The translations under genes were made by a program, and so were the position numbers. This document shows positions 1 to 9,910 of a stretch of DNA of 39,893 nt, piece after piece. The notes beneath the pieces were generated by a model. It was not told the origin of the DNA, did no database searches, and saw only the letters and a program-made list of their open reading frames with translations. The stretch's first letter is position 1, and every line of letters starts with the position of its first letter. Source of the DNA: an uncultured virus (IMG/VR IMGVR_UViG_2061766007_003888) (taxonomy: Duplodnaviria; Heunggongvirae; Uroviricota; Caudoviricetes); IMG/VR virus record IMGVR_UViG_2061766007_003888; one strand, 5' to 3'.

Positions 1-107
1 CCGTAAATCGTCGACGAGCCTATGTTCTTGAAGCGTTCGTCGGATGCGAGTCTGGCTTTGAAGTCCTGGAGCAGTTGATTGTATGTAACGTTTAGATAGT
101 TAAGCAT
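1..107 (-). CDS. 5' end of a probable baseplate wedge protein (gp6-like); runs off the window
   Basis: ATG at 107 reads MLNYLNVTYNQLLQDFKARLASDERFKNIGSSTIY, resembling gp6/baseplate-J N-termini. AAGG RBS and minus-strand TATAAATA at 132-139. Only 35 codons visible. Confidence 0.45.
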   Translation of the reverse strand, partial: MLNYLNVTYNQLLQDFKARLASDERFKNIGSSTIY

Positions 108-188
108 TCAAGACCTTTTCAATTTTTATATTATTTATAATTTTTGCGACTATGCATGTCCGTAAAACGAAAGGCCCCGTATTGATAT

Positions 189-196
189 TATAAATA
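189..196 (+). promoter_or_regulatory. T4-type late promoter TATAAATA (portal)
   Basis: Exact TATAAATA 26 nt before the GTG start; the motif recurs before most structural genes. Confidence 0.7.
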
Positions 197-222
197 ATGA
201 AAGAAAATATAGGACAATATAC

Positions 223-1809
223 GTGAATCTTAATTATTTAAATCCATTCAGTTCAGATTTTCTGAAGGCACCGCCCGACCATAGCGATGTAAGGGCGCAC
301 GAGGCGGCGCGTAATACATACGGGAAGATTGAAGATACCATAGACTGGAATGCGTTCTACAACGCATACGGTTATGACGATCCGGCTTCGCCGTACGATG
401 CCACGCATATCGCGTTCGACCAGATATTCGTGAACAAGTACCAGAAGATAAGCTGGTACAGGTCGATGAGTATGTACAGTTTGGTTGCGAAGGCGATTAA
501 CATCATCACGGACGAGGCTGTCTGCCCGGATCACCAGGGCAACGTGGCGATGTTCGACATCGAGGAACCGTACAAGTCGAAATTCACTTCGACGGAATTC
601 TCCACGTTGAAGATGGAATTCGACTATATTATTACTTGTGTTTTCGGCAAGGAAAAGATTTGGGATTTGTTCGCTAAGTGGCTTGTCGACGCCGAGTTGT
701 TCATGGAAATCGCATTGAACGATAACGGTGACAAGGTTGTCGGTCTCAATACGCTCGCCCCGTACGCGATGCTTGTAATTTATGATAAGGATTCTGATAA
801 TATCAATGGGTTTATCGAGAATATCAATTACTTGCAGCAGGCGCAGGTTCAGGATAAGAATACGGCTATCAAGCGTTTCCTGCCAAGTCAGATTGCCTAT
901 ATACGTTATCCGTTGACATGGAATAACCGTAATGACGTTCGCGGGCATCTCGAACGTTCGATACGCCCGTTGAACCAGTTGAGAAATATCGAAGACGCTT
1001 TGACCGTTTACCGTATTACCCGTGCGACTGAACACCGCGTATTCAATATCTATACAGGTCGTCGTCCGCCTGACAAGGCCGCGGCGTATGTTCAGGAAAT
1101 ACGTAATAAGTACCGTAAGAATTTGACTATTGATAATGCGACCGGCATGATTAACGCCGTCAAGAATACGCAGGCTATGACAGAAGACTTCTTCTTCGCG
1201 AAGGATGACTCCGGTAACTCGTCTACGATTGATACGTTCGCTTCCGGTTCTACGTTTGACGGGCAGATACAGGATATTTACATGTTCCAGAAACAGGTCA
1301 TGGACGGTATGCTTATTCCGCAGGCCCGTTGGAAGGCAGACGAAATCGGTTCCGCAAATTATAATCAGGGTGTTGATTCTGCAAATCTCGAAGAAGTCGC
1401 GTTCCAGCGTTGCTGTCGCCGTCTTCGCCGCCGTTTTGCCGATCTTATAAAGCAGGTGTTCCTTGTTCATTTACGTGTCCGCGGGTATAAGGAAAAGTTC
1501 CTCGATTCCGCTATATACAATATCGACTTGCATCCGGCAACTGACTTCGAACGTATGCGTGACTTGGCGCTTGCTGAAAAACGCGGTTCTGTTCTTTCCA
1601 TGCTTTCGCAGTTCTTGCCGACCACGACGAATATCAAGCCGGGAAGCGAAGAACTCGCTCCGTTGTTCTCCAAGCAGTATTTCATGGAAAAGATTCTCGG
1701 TTTGTCCACGCAGGATGTCTTGTTGAATAACAAGATGCTTGAGCAGGAAATCAAGCAGATGAATGAGGAGGCTGAAGCCGCGGCCGCCGCTGGNNNNNNN
1801 NNNTTCTAA
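223..1809 (+). CDS. gp20: Portal vertex protein (T4 gp20-like); extreme C-terminus hits an N gap
   Basis: Motifs NQLRNIEDALTVYRITRA, RVFNIYTG..P..KAAAY, MTEDFFF and WLVDAELF match gp20 family patterns; about 528 aa. Confidence 0.95.
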   Translation: MNLNYLNPFSSDFLKAPPDHSDVRAHEAARNTYGKIEDTIDWNAFYNAYGYDDPASPYDATHIAFDQIFVNKYQKISWYRSMSMYSLVAKAINIITDEAVCPDHQGNVAMFDIEEPYKSKFTSTEFSTLKMEFDYIITCVFGKEKIWDLFAKWLVDAELFMEIALNDNGDKVVGLNTLAPYAMLVIYDKDSDNINGFIENINYLQQAQVQDKNTAIKRFLPSQIAYIRYPLTWNNRNDVRGHLERSIRPLNQLRNIEDALTVYRITRATEHRVFNIYTGRRPPDKAAAYVQEIRNKYRKNLTIDNATGMINAVKNTQAMTEDFFFAKDDSGNSSTIDTFASGSTFDGQIQDIYMFQKQVMDGMLIPQARWKADEIGSANYNQGVDSANLEEVAFQRCCRRLRRRFADLIKQVFLVHLRVRGYKEKFLDSAIYNIDLHPATDFERMRDLALAEKRGSVLSMLSQFLPTTTNIKPGSEELAPLFSKQYFMEKILGLSTQDVLLNNKMLEQEIKQMNEEAEAAAAAXXXXF

Positions 1810-1814
1810 GATAT

Positions 1815-1850
1815 AAAATAAAACCCGGTTCAAAACCGGGTTTTTATTTT
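1815..1850. terminator. Bidirectional intrinsic terminator
   Basis: AAAACCCGGTT-caa-AACCGGGTTTT with A/T tracts on both sides, between convergent genes. Confidence 0.8.
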
Positions 1851-1863
1851 TAAGAACGATATA

Positions 1864-2847
1864 TTAGAATGTCGCTTTTACGAAATACCACAGGTCTTTG
1901 TACGAGACGTCGAAATACGAAATTTTTTCGTCCATTCTGTTTTCGTAATCGGAATACATGTTACGGATAAGCGAGTATATAACTTCGTCGTCGGCATGTT
2001 TCGAAACGAACAGGTTATAGAGGTCGAACGGAGAGATAATGAAATCGTCGACATAGTATAACATGGATCTTAAAGCGTCGTTGATATTCTTGTCATAGTT
2101 TTTCGTAAGCAGTGCGAAGTCGGTTACGAATTCGTCCCTGTATTGTTCCATGAAATCGATTGTCTCGGTATCGGTAGAATCGCCGGTAATCAATTTGAGC
2201 GGGACACCGTTATCGTGATATTTTTCGATAGCGTCATCGTCATTGATAGAGATCGCGTACGAGATCGGCATTTTCGGTGTCGCATATTTGCCGTCTGAAC
2301 CAGTCGCCTGGATCATATATTTTTCGGAACCGCGCAATTCACGTAAATAAGGGAATGCATCACCGGGATTCAGGTCGTCGAGATACTGTTTGTATTCTTC
2401 CGACTGCTTAAACTTTTCATTGCTCGCCTGTTCGTCCGCAGTCGCGGTTTCTGCGTCTTTACCGTCACTAAAATATTTAACGAGTAATTTGGCAGTATTT
2501 ATCGGGTCGGCATCCTTGTCGGCGAATTCCATTATCTGTTCACGGTTATTATTATAGTAGTAGTAAGTTTCGTGGTCGAGATCGGATAGTTCGTCGAGGA
2601 CGGCATCGATGAAGTCGTCGATTCCAGTTCCTTCCATGGCTTCGCGGATACAACCGAACTTGGCAGAGCCGAAGTTGCGGGTCAGCTCGAATTTGATACA
2701 TTGCCCGGCCCATTCAGGATCCGTTTCGTCGAAATAGTCAGTGATGAGGTCCATGATGCGGGCGAGGTACTTTTCGGTATCGACGCCGTGCCTTTTTAAC
2801 CATTTCATGACCGCTTTTGTAAATTTTTCAAATTTTGTCTTGAACAT
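1864..2847 (-). CDS. Hypothetical protein (327 aa, acidic), downstream of the tail tube gene
   Basis: Long ORF with GAGG RBS, closely spaced after the 2857-3630 ORF. Confidence 0.8.
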   Translation of the reverse strand: MFKTKFEKFTKAVMKWLKRHGVDTEKYLARIMDLITDYFDETDPEWAGQCIKFELTRNFGSAKFGCIREAMEGTGIDDFIDAVLDELSDLDHETYYYYNNNREQIMEFADKDADPINTAKLLVKYFSDGKDAETATADEQASNEKFKQSEEYKQYLDDLNPGDAFPYLRELRGSEKYMIQATGSDGKYATPKMPISYAISINDDDAIEKYHDNGVPLKLITGDSTDTETIDFMEQYRDEFVTDFALLTKNYDKNINDALRSMLYYVDDFIISPFDLYNLFVSKHADDEVIYSLIRNMYSDYENRMDEKISYFDVSYKDLWYFVKATF

Positions 2848-2856
2848 TGTAACCTC

Positions 2857-3630
2857 TTAAATCAGGTTTGTATTTTGTTCGCCGAATGTCTTGAAGATAT
2901 TGACGTACATCTTTATTATGTTGGCTGTTTCTTTGAGACTGAACGTACCGGATTCCGAATCATCCGTATCGAGGAGGTCAATTTTCAGTTTTACCGTACA
3001 GAAGACGGATTTTTGCGATACGGTGTAGCCAGTAATTTCTACGCGGTTCCCGTTGTCCACGTTCTGCTTGACGTACGGCCTGAAATACTTGTCGATACTT
3101 GCCAGATAGCTTTTCACATCGGTATTCAACTCATTACGCAGGTCGAACAGCTTGATTCGCAGTATCGCGTAGAGGTCATTGCCGCTTATATCGACATCCT
3201 TGAGAGCCACGTCGTCGATACCGTGTAGCATCACGAGCAACTTGTTGTATATCATCAAGTCATCCGGTTTTTTCTCGTTATCGATCTTTACGGCGTTCTT
3301 ATCGAGTTCTTCTACGAGATAATTGGCGCATTCGCTTGTCGAATAACCGTCATTGTACAGTTCTTCGATATTCTCGTTCAGTTCTTTCGGCATTTTTATG
3401 ATATTGTAACCGTATTTACGGACCATCGATATGATTTCGGAAAGGTACCTGTTGAATCGTTTATCCATATTCGTTTTTTCGCTTAGGACACCTAGATAGT
3501 TTTTTACGTAAGTAGAAGGATCTGTATTATTGATATACGAGTCAAACAGGGAATCAAGGTTGATTCCGCTGTTTATGTTTTTTCGACGAAGTTTTTCTTC
3601 GACGATAGACCTGTATTCGATAAAGTCCAT
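2857..3630 (-). CDS. Hypothetical protein (257 aa)
   Basis: Starts 3 nt after the tail tube stop; operon-like spacing. Confidence 0.8.
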   Translation of the reverse strand: MDFIEYRSIVEEKLRRKNINSGINLDSLFDSYINNTDPSTYVKNYLGVLSEKTNMDKRFNRYLSEIISMVRKYGYNIIKMPKELNENIEELYNDGYSTSECANYLVEELDKNAVKIDNEKKPDDLMIYNKLLVMLHGIDDVALKDVDISGNDLYAILRIKLFDLRNELNTDVKSYLASIDKYFRPYVKQNVDNGNRVEITGYTVSQKSVFCTVKLKIDLLDTDDSESGTFSLKETANIIKMYVNIFKTFGEQNTNLI

Positions 3631-3633
3631 CTA

Positions 3634-4233
3634 CTAGATATCCGTACGGATCATTTCGAAGTTGGAATAGGAGAACGTTGCGGAACGGGTGACTTTGCCG
3701 TCGGCATTGTGGTCGAGCTGGAAGTCCGAAACGGTCTTCGGCCAGCAGCGGTAAAGTACCCACTTGACCGGGAGTTCTTCTTTCAGGGTAGACTTGAACA
3801 TCTTGATTTCGATGGTCGCGCAGTAGTCGGAGGCGTAGTTGGAGATTGCGCCGCCGGTCATTTCGTTGCTGCCGCCACCGATATCTTCCTTGAAGCCCTG
3901 GTTCATGAGGCAGTTAGCCCACATGTGAAGCTGTCTGGAAACACCCATATCCTGGAATTCATCCCACATGATCGTCGTGTCGCCAGAAACCGTCGCCCTG
4001 CCGGGATAGAGAAGCTTCGTTCCCATGTACTGGGTATCGAGTTCACCGAAAGTCTTCGACGGGACTGTAACCTGTCTTGCACGGATCATCAAGTCATCCG
4101 TATTCAAAATGCCGGCAAGTTCAGACTTGCTTTCAAATATAAAACGGACCTGGTAGAGATACTGTTTAACTACGTCAGGCAACTCGGCAAGTTGACCGAA
4201 CACTGACATACTGGTATCGTAATTTCTGGCCAT
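3634..4233 (-). CDS. gp19: Tail tube protein (T4 gp19-like)
   Basis: 199 aa with RARQVTVPSKTFG..YMG..YPGR and LYRCWPKTVSDFQLD..SATFSYS; AGGAG RBS; divergent from the sheath gene. Confidence 0.88.
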   Translation of the reverse strand: MARNYDTSMSVFGQLAELPDVVKQYLYQVRFIFESKSELAGILNTDDLMIRARQVTVPSKTFGELDTQYMGTKLLYPGRATVSGDTTIMWDEFQDMGVSRQLHMWANCLMNQGFKEDIGGGSNEMTGGAISNYASDYCATIEIKMFKSTLKEELPVKWVLYRCWPKTVSDFQLDHNADGKVTRSATFSYSNFEMIRTDI

Positions 4234-4263
4234 TATAAATTCTCCTTAGATTATTCTTTTTAT

Positions 4264-4353
4264 TATTTATAATGGCAAAATTTTCAAATTATTATGGTAT
4301 ATTCGGTATTTTATACAGAATATGATGGATCTTTCGGGTTTTCTTTATAAATA
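4264..4353. promoter_or_regulatory. Divergent late promoters for tail tube (4264-4271, minus) and sheath (4346-4353, plus)
   Basis: Exact TATAAATA on each strand in the AT-rich intergenic region. Confidence 0.7.
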
Positions 4354-4427
4354 ATTTATATAAAACCAAACGTGAGTGAGTGAAATAGAGTTTAAAAACG
4401 TTTAATTTTTGTTTATTAGGAGAAACT

Positions 4428-7400
4428 ATGGCAAAATATACAGTTCCGGGAATCCGCTTCACTGAAATCGATAATACGATTCGTACGGAATCCGAACCTG
4501 GTATGGGCATTGGTGCTATCGTAATGAAGTCCAATAAGGGTCCCGTAAACCAGAGAGTCGTTACAAAGAACTACGGCGAGTTTACCGAAATTTTCGGTGA
4601 ACCTGAAACATTAACCGACTACGGTCATTTCGCCGCTGAAAATTACTTCGCGAATTCTAACCAGTTGTTCGCGGTCCGTGCCACCATGGGCGACGAACAG
4701 TATTCGCAGATTCAGTTCAGTTATCAGGGAGCTCCCGTCACTGCGACGAACTCTTCCAAGGATACGGCAAAGTTCGTCTATGTCGATAGCGAAGGCGACA
4801 ACAACCTCGTGCTGCTCCAGCCGCTTTCTGCGGTCACAATCGTCGAATCCATGATTTCTGGCGGTGACTGGCGTTATGACGGCGGTAACCAGGACGATGG
4901 TGGACAATTCGGCTTTGCTCTGAAGCAGAACGCATATTATAATAAGTTCAGTGATTTTATTAAGGAAACTGAAGACCTCGTTGTTTTCAAGGGAACGACT
5001 GATTCTGGATGGAAGGGAACGGTTACCGAAGAAGGTAAGCGTGTTTCTTATCCTACGACTGTCGATTCCGAAGGTAAGAATCCGCAGCTTGAGACTAAGT
5101 TGACGTTTACGAATTCCGCATGGGATACTGGTTCTGCCGCCGGCGATCAGGTTAGCGTCCGCAAGAAGGGTTCTCTCTATGCTATCAGCATCGACGTTCC
5201 GGCTTCCGCTACGCTCGACAAGGCACAGAATAAGATTTCGTTCTACGGCGACAGTTCTGAATATTCTTCGTTTAGTTCCTGGGAAACCAGCGGTATCGGT
5301 TATAAGGACGTTTTCGACGACAAGTATTTCCTCGGCGATTATCCCGATTGGGACAATATCGAAGAAAACGGTTACGGTGTTACCGACGCTATGCGCATGG
5401 AAATCATGGACTGGGACCAGCCGGATATCAAGAAGACATACTATGTCGATACCGATCAGTTCGAGGAAACATGTGACCAGGCTTACGGTATCAAGTATAC
5501 CGAATTCTTCAATGTCGACCCGTCTTACGCGATTGTCGGTAAGAAGGACTTCGACGGCGAAGAATCCTCTAAGGAATTCGTGCTTTGCTCTGCCGTTTCC
5601 GCCATGTATACAAACCAGTCCAAGGACAAGGAAGAATGGCTCGGTAACGACGATATCAACGCACGTACCCCGCGCGAAGTTATCATTGACATGATGGATG
5701 CTTACGGATGTAATGACATTTCCGATATCAACGATTATTACTACTTGAAGTATCATGACGTGTTCAGCGATTCCACGGTAGAAAAGATTGTTAAGGAAGA
5801 TCCGGATTGTTATACACCGAATTCAAAGGATATTGAAAAGTATAAGAAACATGTTGAAGAATTCCTTTTCTGGCTTTATGCTGAAAAAAGTGATTATACT
5901 GAATTGAAGAAGCGCAGCGTGTATATCGCTGACGATACTGAGCTCGTTACCTTGCCTATTCAGTATGGACATCAATATACTAGAAAACTGCCCGATGGTA
6001 GTGACGAAATAATCGCGCTTAACAATATTGTCGCACAGCCGACTTCGTTCCTTGTCAATTCTGTCGATAAGACTTATGCCGACGGTTATACAATTAGCAC
6101 CGACGCAGAAGACGAACCGGGTAATGGCGATATCGAACGCTATAACTCCGTATTCGACGATCAGCTTGTTATTGCTTCTATCGGTCCTGGTGAATACGGT
6201 AACGATATCGGTATCTCGATTATCACTACCGAATGTGCCGATATTCAGGCGCTCCATCACCAGAATGCGTTCTGCTGGAAGTACAACTATGACGACGAAG
6301 ATCGCGTAAACAACGATACTTCCGATTATAGCTCTAATCCGATGAACCTGACCTGGAAGAAGGTGTTCCGTATCAATGTTTACCTGAAGGGCAAGACGCA
6401 GACTGCCGAAGCCGCTTGGGGTACCGGTATGGATGCCTTGCTGAAGGACCCGACCGAATCCTGGTTTGTCTCTACCGATCCATATGCAAAGGATGCCGAA
6501 GGCAACAGCCTCTACGCTCCGGTCGTGATTAACGGACATTCCGATTACATCTACGTGTCCCGTAGTTCTGCTGCTGCTGCCGCCAACAAGCGCGGTGAAT
6601 ATACTCAGCCGAATCAGACGTTCGCGATTTACGCACTTACCGGCGGTAAGAATTCCAAGAAGGACAATATCACAGAAAAGACCGCTGCGCTCAACTTCTA
6701 CAAGGATCGCCAGCGCGCCAAGTTCGATATCTTGTTCAACGTGGATGCCGTCGATACGTTTAACGGCCGTCAGAGGTATAACGCCCATCAGCGTAAGATC
6801 GCGCAGATTGCCGCGGCTCGTACGCAGGATATCGGTGTCGTACAGGTGACGTCGAAGTCCGCCAAGACAGTCAAGCAGATGGTTTCCGAAGCCAAGAACT
6901 TCGTATTCAATAACGGTGACTATGTCGCCGAATACGGTGGTTATGACAAGTATTACAACGGTCCTCTCGCCGCATGGATTTACCTGCCGAAGTCTGTTGC
7001 TGGTGCTTGCGCTATGGCTTACTGCGATAACTATGCGTATCCGTGGTATGCTCCAGCCGGTGTTGCCAACGGTACAATCAGTTATACGAATGGCCAGTTG
7101 CTCCGTCTCACCGACGACGAAATCGGCCAGCTGTATGACCAGAACGTCAATACGACCCGTGATTCCGGCGGTTACGGCGCTGTTCTCTGGGGTCAGAAGA
7201 CGGCTCTCAAGAAGAATAGCCTGTTGAACCGTATCAACGTTCGTCGTTGTCTCAACTATATCGAAAAGATTCTCGAAACGAGGATGACTCCGTACTTGTT
7301 CATGCAGAACAGCGTCAATACACGTAGCTCTGCAAGGAACGACATTTCCGAATTCCTGCAGAGGGTGAAGTCCGCTCAGGGTATTTACGGATACGAGCTC

Positions 7401-7535
7401 AGCGTTACCGCGGATCCGGACGATCCGACAATCATGAACGTCGCAATCCAGGTTCAGCCGACGAGTGCGATTGAATTTATCGATATCAAGATTATCGTTA
7501 ACCGTCAGTCCGGCGTTACGGTGATCGAAGAATAA
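4428..7535 (+). CDS. gp18: Tail sheath protein (T4 gp18-like) with a large internal insertion
   Basis: N-terminal YTVPGIRFTEID..KGPVNQ..FGEP; C-terminal WYAPAG, LWGQKT, LNRINVRR, QPTSAIEFI; 1035 aa. Confidence 0.95.
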   Translation: MAKYTVPGIRFTEIDNTIRTESEPGMGIGAIVMKSNKGPVNQRVVTKNYGEFTEIFGEPETLTDYGHFAAENYFANSNQLFAVRATMGDEQYSQIQFSYQGAPVTATNSSKDTAKFVYVDSEGDNNLVLLQPLSAVTIVESMISGGDWRYDGGNQDDGGQFGFALKQNAYYNKFSDFIKETEDLVVFKGTTDSGWKGTVTEEGKRVSYPTTVDSEGKNPQLETKLTFTNSAWDTGSAAGDQVSVRKKGSLYAISIDVPASATLDKAQNKISFYGDSSEYSSFSSWETSGIGYKDVFDDKYFLGDYPDWDNIEENGYGVTDAMRMEIMDWDQPDIKKTYYVDTDQFEETCDQAYGIKYTEFFNVDPSYAIVGKKDFDGEESSKEFVLCSAVSAMYTNQSKDKEEWLGNDDINARTPREVIIDMMDAYGCNDISDINDYYYLKYHDVFSDSTVEKIVKEDPDCYTPNSKDIEKYKKHVEEFLFWLYAEKSDYTELKKRSVYIADDTELVTLPIQYGHQYTRKLPDGSDEIIALNNIVAQPTSFLVNSVDKTYADGYTISTDAEDEPGNGDIERYNSVFDDQLVIASIGPGEYGNDIGISIITTECADIQALHHQNAFCWKYNYDDEDRVNNDTSDYSSNPMNLTWKKVFRINVYLKGKTQTAEAAWGTGMDALLKDPTESWFVSTDPYAKDAEGNSLYAPVVINGHSDYIYVSRSSAAAAANKRGEYTQPNQTFAIYALTGGKNSKKDNITEKTAALNFYKDRQRAKFDILFNVDAVDTFNGRQRYNAHQRKIAQIAAARTQDIGVVQVTSKSAKTVKQMVSEAKNFVFNNGDYVAEYGGYDKYYNGPLAAWIYLPKSVAGACAMAYCDNYAYPWYAPAGVANGTISYTNGQLLRLTDDEIGQLYDQNVNTTRDSGGYGAVLWGQKTALKKNSLLNRINVRRCLNYIEKILETRMTPYLFMQNSVNTRSSARNDISEFLQRVKSAQGIYGYELSVTADPDDPTIMNVAIQVQPTSAIEFIDIKIIVNRQSGVTVIEE

Positions 7536-7554
7536 TTCGATAATACGTTTTAAC

Positions 7555-7580
7555 AAAAGGTATCCGGGAGGATACCTTTT
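7555..7580 (+). terminator. Intrinsic terminator after the sheath gene
   Basis: AAAAGGTATCC-ggga-GGATACCTTTT followed by T-rich sequence. Confidence 0.8.
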
Positions 7581-7609
7581 TCTTTTTATAAATAATTGAG
7601 AGGATTTAG

Positions 7610-8457
7610 ATGCAATACCGGATAGTCGAACACAGTACGGAAACCCAGTTTAACGCGGATATCTATTTCGATATGGATATATCGACATGTTTTGAATCTG
7701 GCAATTTCGAAATGACAATAAAGGATATTCTTGAGAAATTCGAGGTATTTACTGTGACCGCGAACGACATGGTAGATAACGTATACGGGATTATACAGCC
7801 ATCGAGTACGGTAGTCAGTTCTATGGAACAACGCATACAGGATAGTCTCGCCGCACATAAGGGGTTGATCCTCGTATATAACAGGTCGGAAAAATGCCTC
7901 ACAGTCATAATGGTGCCGAAGGCCACGAACGGTACGGAAGAAATCGGGTTCTATTCGTCGCGCATTTATATAGATATTATGCCGGAGCAGAGTGAAGACG
8001 CCGTAAAGATAGATTTTCTCGCGCCCTTGTTCCCGGCAATTCGGCGTAATCCCGACGTGGTACGTTACGACACGTCCGTGCCTGATCCGATTCTCGGCGA
8101 TACCGATATCCGACCGGCATATGATTTTAATATAAAGATTGACCAGGGTATACGCAAGCGTTTCGCCTATAACACGAAAAACTCGTTTTACGCGAATACC
8201 GACAGCAGGAATCCGGATGACGAACATATTCCCGTATTCATCAGTACCCTTGACGCGTATGTTTACGGTATGACGCAGGATGAGTTCAGGGAACAGTCAG
8301 AGTCGTATCTGCTTGATACCGCGGCTTCGAAAAAAATACCTATGGAATACGAACTGGAAGGACCTACGGCGGAAAGCGTCGAGGTTTTGCCGGGCTATAA
8401 TGCGGAATTAAACCATTTTACGATAACGCAGTTCATTTATACGGATAAGCCCGGCGT
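7610..8457 (+). CDS. Hypothetical late protein (>280 aa; 3' end broken by gaps)
   Basis: TATAAATA at 7587-7594, GAGG RBS, frame open up to the gap. Confidence 0.75.
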
Positions 8458-8603
8458 NNNNNNNNNNTGCAGAAAACTATTTTGCGAATTCTAACCAGTT
8501 GTTCGCGGTCCGTGCCACCATGGGCGACGAACANNNNNNNNNNGTCGAGAAACCAGATGGTATTCAGGTTCAAGGTACCGTCGGTCAACGACGAGGAATA
8601 ACG

Positions 8604-8705
8604 ATGAAGAAATTCGTAGATGAAAACTGGATTATACTGGGCCTGGTATCTGGGATAATAATCGGAATCTTGTTCCTGTATTATGTACTGGTATGTATAA
8701 ATTAA
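8604..8705 (+). CDS. Small single-pass membrane protein (33 aa), or the C-terminus of a longer gap-broken ORF
   Basis: GAGG RBS, MKKFVDENWIILGLVSGIIIGILFLYYVLVCIN, followed by a terminator. Confidence 0.5.
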   Translation: MKKFVDENWIILGLVSGIIIGILFLYYVLVCIN

Positions 8706-8736
8706 AATAACCGGCAATCATGCCGGTTTATTTTTT
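8704..8736. terminator. Bidirectional terminator
   Basis: CCGGCA-atca-TGCCGG flanked by A and T tracts between convergent ORFs. Confidence 0.7.
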
Positions 8737-8750
8737 AATGTCGGAACTAA

Positions 8751-9131
8751 TTACGGAACCTTGATCCCGGGAATAGGTGTAAGGCCTGCGCAACAGCCGT
8801 TACAGCTGAATATCTTCGTGTCCGCGTCAATCTTTTGCGGGGCGAGGAGTTCGTGCGTATGGCCGTCCCCGGCGGGCTGTACGACACCGTTATTGATGAA
8901 ATGGATATGGCCGCCGACCTTGGAAACGGGCGTGGGTTCGTTTAGGTTGGCAGGTTCTGCGAGGGCGTCGCTGGTACGGCCGTAGCCGGTTTCGTCAAAA
9001 ATCCAATATTCATGGTGATGCGCGCCCATTACGTCGTTGCCCTTGAAGGTATCCGTGACACCGATTTGCGACGTATTCTCGTTAAGCGCCTTTTCCATCT
9101 CTTCGCTGATATAGTCGGAAAATTTCTTCAT
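8751..9131 (-). CDS. His/Cys-rich small protein (126 aa) with a capsid-targeting-like N-terminus
   Basis: Probable start MKKFSDYISEE at 9131 (GAGG RBS, TATAAATA at 9155-9162 minus); HHH, HIH, HTH and CNGCC motifs. Confidence 0.8.
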   Translation of the reverse strand: MKKFSDYISEEMEKALNENTSQIGVTDTFKGNDVMGAHHHEYWIFDETGYGRTSDALAEPANLNEPTPVSKVGGHIHFINNGVVQPAGDGHTHELLAPQKIDADTKIFSCNGCCAGLTPIPGIKVP

Positions 9132-9215
9132 AGTCTTGTTAAACCTCTTTATTTTATTTATAGCGATCGGTTTTATAAATAATATAAAGAAAAATATAAA
9201 ATTGGAGAATTTACA

Positions 9216-9776
9216 ATGACTATAATTGAAGCCATGGCAATAGCCGAACGTGCCGGATATGTCGTAAAGAAGAATCACGAGGTCACCAAGAAGGATTTCA
9301 CGAGTAAGAAATACGACAAGGATACGGTAGAAATCGATGACGAACACGATATTACCGTGAAGAAGAAACTGCGCAAGCTCGCGCGTAAGTGTCCCTGCTG
9401 CGGCAAGTCCCATTGTATCTGTTCCGAATCCGTGAAGACCGCACTGGAAGTCGCCGAAAAGGCCGGATATAAGGTTATTAACGAGAAAATCGGCGAAGAT
9501 TCCGGTACAGCCTTGTCTGAAGTCTGCGAGAAGTGGCTCCGCGACTCCTATTTCGAGAAAGTCGCCAATTTGACGAGTCTTACGGTAGCCAAGGCTCAGT
9601 TCCTCGACGACCTGTCCAAGATTGTCGGTCACGGCGTTTCCGAACAGAAGTTCAACCAGATTTCCATGCTCATGGACAAGCGGAAAGACTTGGCCGGCAC
9701 TATGCTCTACATCGCCGGTCTCATGCAGACGGCGCAGGGTCGCGGCCTGAACAGGGATTCCCGTCGCGGTTACTAA
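9216..9776 (+). CDS. Hypothetical head-module protein (186 aa) with a CPCCxxxHCIC cluster
   Basis: TATAAATA at 9174-9181, GGAG RBS, terminator at 9800-9825. Confidence 0.8.
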   Translation: MTIIEAMAIAERAGYVVKKNHEVTKKDFTSKKYDKDTVEIDDEHDITVKKKLRKLARKCPCCGKSHCICSESVKTALEVAEKAGYKVINEKIGEDSGTALSEVCEKWLRDSYFEKVANLTSLTVAKAQFLDDLSKIVGHGVSEQKFNQISMLMDKRKDLAGTMLYIAGLMQTAQGRGLNRDSRRGY

Positions 9777-9799
9777 TAAAACGGCGTGATTTTGTATTT

Positions 9800-9825
9800 A
9801 AAACCGGTCAGATTTGACCGGTTTT
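9800..9825 (+). terminator. Intrinsic terminator
   Basis: AAAACCGGTCA-gatt-TGACCGGTTTT. Confidence 0.75.
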
Positions 9826-9910
9826 ATTGTACTTACTGCGTCAAAAGACAAAAAATCCATATTGCCCCTTATAAATAAAATATAGTAAAAATAATATTTG
9901 GAGGAATCAA

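Noticed and set aside
5823..7556. Long antisense ORFs (also 253-1470, 4611-5756, 10963-12351, 23321-24679, 30782-31915)
   Set aside because: Shadows of strongly codon-biased real genes; no RBS, promoter or protein motifs.
8468..8532. Copy of sheath sequence (about 4633-4698) as a possible repeat or DGR template
   Set aside because: Bounded by 10-N gaps, synonymous changes, no adenine-specific pattern and no reverse transcriptase in the window; a misplaced allele fragment.
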